Source: Lytechinus pictus (Eukaryota). Taken from it: a stretch of DNA of 64,000 nt. A program made the translations under genes and the position numbers. Below are positions 61,606-64,000 of this stretch, piece after piece; the first letter of the stretch is position 1, and the number at the start of each line of letters is the position of its first letter. The stretch lies in NCBI RefSeq assembly GCF_037042905.1, contig NC_087245.1, positions 26,104,001 to 26,168,000 of the forward strand, in the 5' to 3' direction. The notes under the pieces are model-generated. The model saw only the letters and a list, made by a program, of their open reading frames with translations. It was not told where the DNA came from and ran no database searches.

Positions 61606-62074
61606 TTAAACAAGGGATTAACAGAGAGCTAACAGTGCATGTGTGGTTTCTCCTTTGTATGGAGGGGGGGGGGGGGCAGGGCGGGGTTAACTAAATACCT
61701 TTCAGGAGGTCACACAAGGTCAAAGTTGCCTAGTCTTGGTAGGTAGTGTGGCATCATTCTACAGACAGGACTAGATAACTACATGTAGCTGACTGGCTTT
61801 GAATTCATGAACTACATGTAGTCAATGAAGCTCTACAAAGGCCTTGGAAACAGCTTGTAACTTTTGTCTATGCCAGACCAGTTAACATGTAGGCAACTGC
61901 AACTGTAACCAAGATAAATAATCACTTCCCTAGTGATGTGAATATAGATCCCAAATGTATCTTTTCTCAACTTCGGAAAGAAAACTACATGAAAATGGCC
62001 TCAGATATGATAGCTTCTCTCGTCACTTTCACCAAATAGCAGTTATTTGCTCATCATGATACCCAATTCCACTA

Positions 62075-62372
62075 TTATAATAATAATATGTCCATTTATA
62101 TAGCCCAGTTACTATGTGCATATACTCAACTGCGCTTTGATACTTGGTATCATATTATTTATTACCCCGGCTGTAGCTAAGCCGCCATAATAATAGGCTC
62201 TAAAGCGTTCAAGGAATAAATCCTACCGGGTACCCATTCACCTCACCTGGGTCGAGTGCAGCACAATGTTGATAAATTTCTTGCTGAAGGAAATTACGCC
62301 ATGGCTGGTATTCGAACCCACGACCCTCTGTTTCAAAGTCCAGAGACTAATCCACTGGGCCACAACGCTCCA
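62075..62372 (-). mobile_element. tRNA-derived SINE
   Basis: Reverse complement of the 6976 family. Confidence 0.85.
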
Positions 62373-64000
62373 CGTAGCATTTAATAAACACATGTATGTG
62401 ATTGTACATAGATACATGTAATGATGCATATTTCATGAAATGACAAAAGGTGTTATGAGAATGCATTTACCCATTGCTTGATATAATTTGGTTTTCAGTG
62501 CAAATTGTTTTTATGACATGCACCTTTAATCCAGCTATATGAATAAGGTACAAACTAATTTTTGAGGTATGAGGTTTAGGGCTGGAATTGCATCTTTGGA
62601 TAGTGATAGTTAAGGTTGAATTTAATATATGATAATCATATCCCATTATTACACATGTTTAATCTAAATTACGCAAACACACACACTCACTCAAAAGGCT
62701 GGATATATATATTTTTTAATATTAAGATGTTTTAGCACTGTTTATGTGGGAAGTTATTAAAAGTAGAATTTTGCACAAGTTTGGCGATGTATTATCAGTA
62801 ATGATATAAACTTATGACATTGTATTGATGTTACCCAGTGTTGTTATGATGTTATATCTTGCTGCAAATTGATTAAGAAATTAAGATACTTTTATTCTTG
62901 TAAATTAATTACCCCAAAACTCTACACTTAGGTTTTAAGAATGAAACCTGGTCAAATGACATGAAAGGTGGCTCTTATCCTATATGATAATTTTTTTTAT
63001 CTAGATCTATGTTTTTGCTCCTTTTAATACAATGGCGACTTTCTCAAACTGTAAAGAACATATATTTATATGACATTTTTTGAAGTCAATATCTGCTTCA
63101 TTTAATAATTTAATTGAATATTATAAAATCAATCCTTTTACACAAAGAATAAGAAAGAAAATAATCTCACTAATCTTCGTTAGATCTTAAGTTTGTGAGA
63201 GTTATTTTCTTCGATTTTAATGGGTGTCTTTCATACTGAGCTAATGAGAGAGAAATAAGAGCTATTCCTAAATGTTACAAATTATAAAACTGTAATTTTG
63301 AGTTCTATATTTTTTGTTATGTATATTTCTATATTATATTTTGTATGATGTAATCACTTGATTTACCATAAATTACTATAATTTCTTTAATTTTTGCAGG
63401 TGTAACACCCAGAATACAATTCTTTCAGTCGCAGCAAATGCTTGTAAATAATAAAATTAATGAAAGTACTACATAAAGATTGAATATGATTCAGCATCCA
63501 TTATTTGAGTGTTTGTTGTCTCCCCTCCCCCTTTCAATACCGGTATTATAGTCCTGTAAAATAACGTTCTCTTTATATTTTTTTCACTTTTGCAATTTAC
63601 ATGCATGAATATTGAACGAAAGCCACTCATTTTGAGCAGGCTAATATGAGCGAGAGTGTATAGATGAGTGTAGGGTGTATTTTCTCCAACGTTGTACCTA
63701 ATTTATAGGATCTTTCCTCTTGAATGTGAACCGTCAAAAAAACGTAGATAAAAGATTTTTAAATCATTTTTTCCATCAGCATATTTGTAGATTAAAGTAT
63801 CATAATTATTATTATCATCATAATTAATATAATTTGATTGCAAATTGAAAGAAATTTACTTTTACTTTGTTAAAATACGACGACCTTGGGTACCTCATCT
63901 ATCAAGATCACCAGTCGTGCTCAAGCTTGACCCAATAACATCTTTATGTATCACCATTCTCTAACTCTTAACATGAAATGTGTACCTAAGTTATTTCTAA

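Larger units (their letters stand above)
57322..63480 (+). other. Probable LRP1 3' UTR and downstream region; true end unknown
   Basis: AT-rich sequence with no further exons seen; several AATAAA hexamers (near 57952, 58699, 59814, 63450), none distinguishable as the used site. Confidence 0.4.

Overview
AT-rich, intron-rich animal genomic DNA, probably echinoderm/sea urchin (inferred only from the style of the SINE, MITE and Helentron repeats). The window holds the 3' half of an LRP1 (LDL receptor-related protein 1) orthologue on the + strand. I traced 44 GT-AG exons by hand, all phase-compatible (partial exon 1..26 to stop codon 57319..57321). They encode the end of a YWTD propeller, an EGF, ligand-binding cluster III (10 LDLa repeats), one EGF, a propeller, an EGF, cluster IV (11 LDLa), two EGFs, a propeller with an RKKR furin site, a run of EGFs, a transmembrane helix and an NPxF/NPxY/dileucine tail. 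A long AT-rich 3' region follows. Introns are packed with non-autonomous DNA transposons, tRNA-derived SINEs and LINE fragments. The most unusual structures: (1) a ~9.5 kb intronic palindrome with ~2.7 kb arms, a 12-bp loop, a patch of perfect arm identity and a later 4.1 kb insertion in one arm; (2) two independent tandem amplifications of a splice acceptor plus exon start, one giving eight consecutive acceptors; (3) apparent lineage-specific EGF-domain changes relative to vertebrate LRP1. Comparisons to human LRP1 are from memory; no searches were run.
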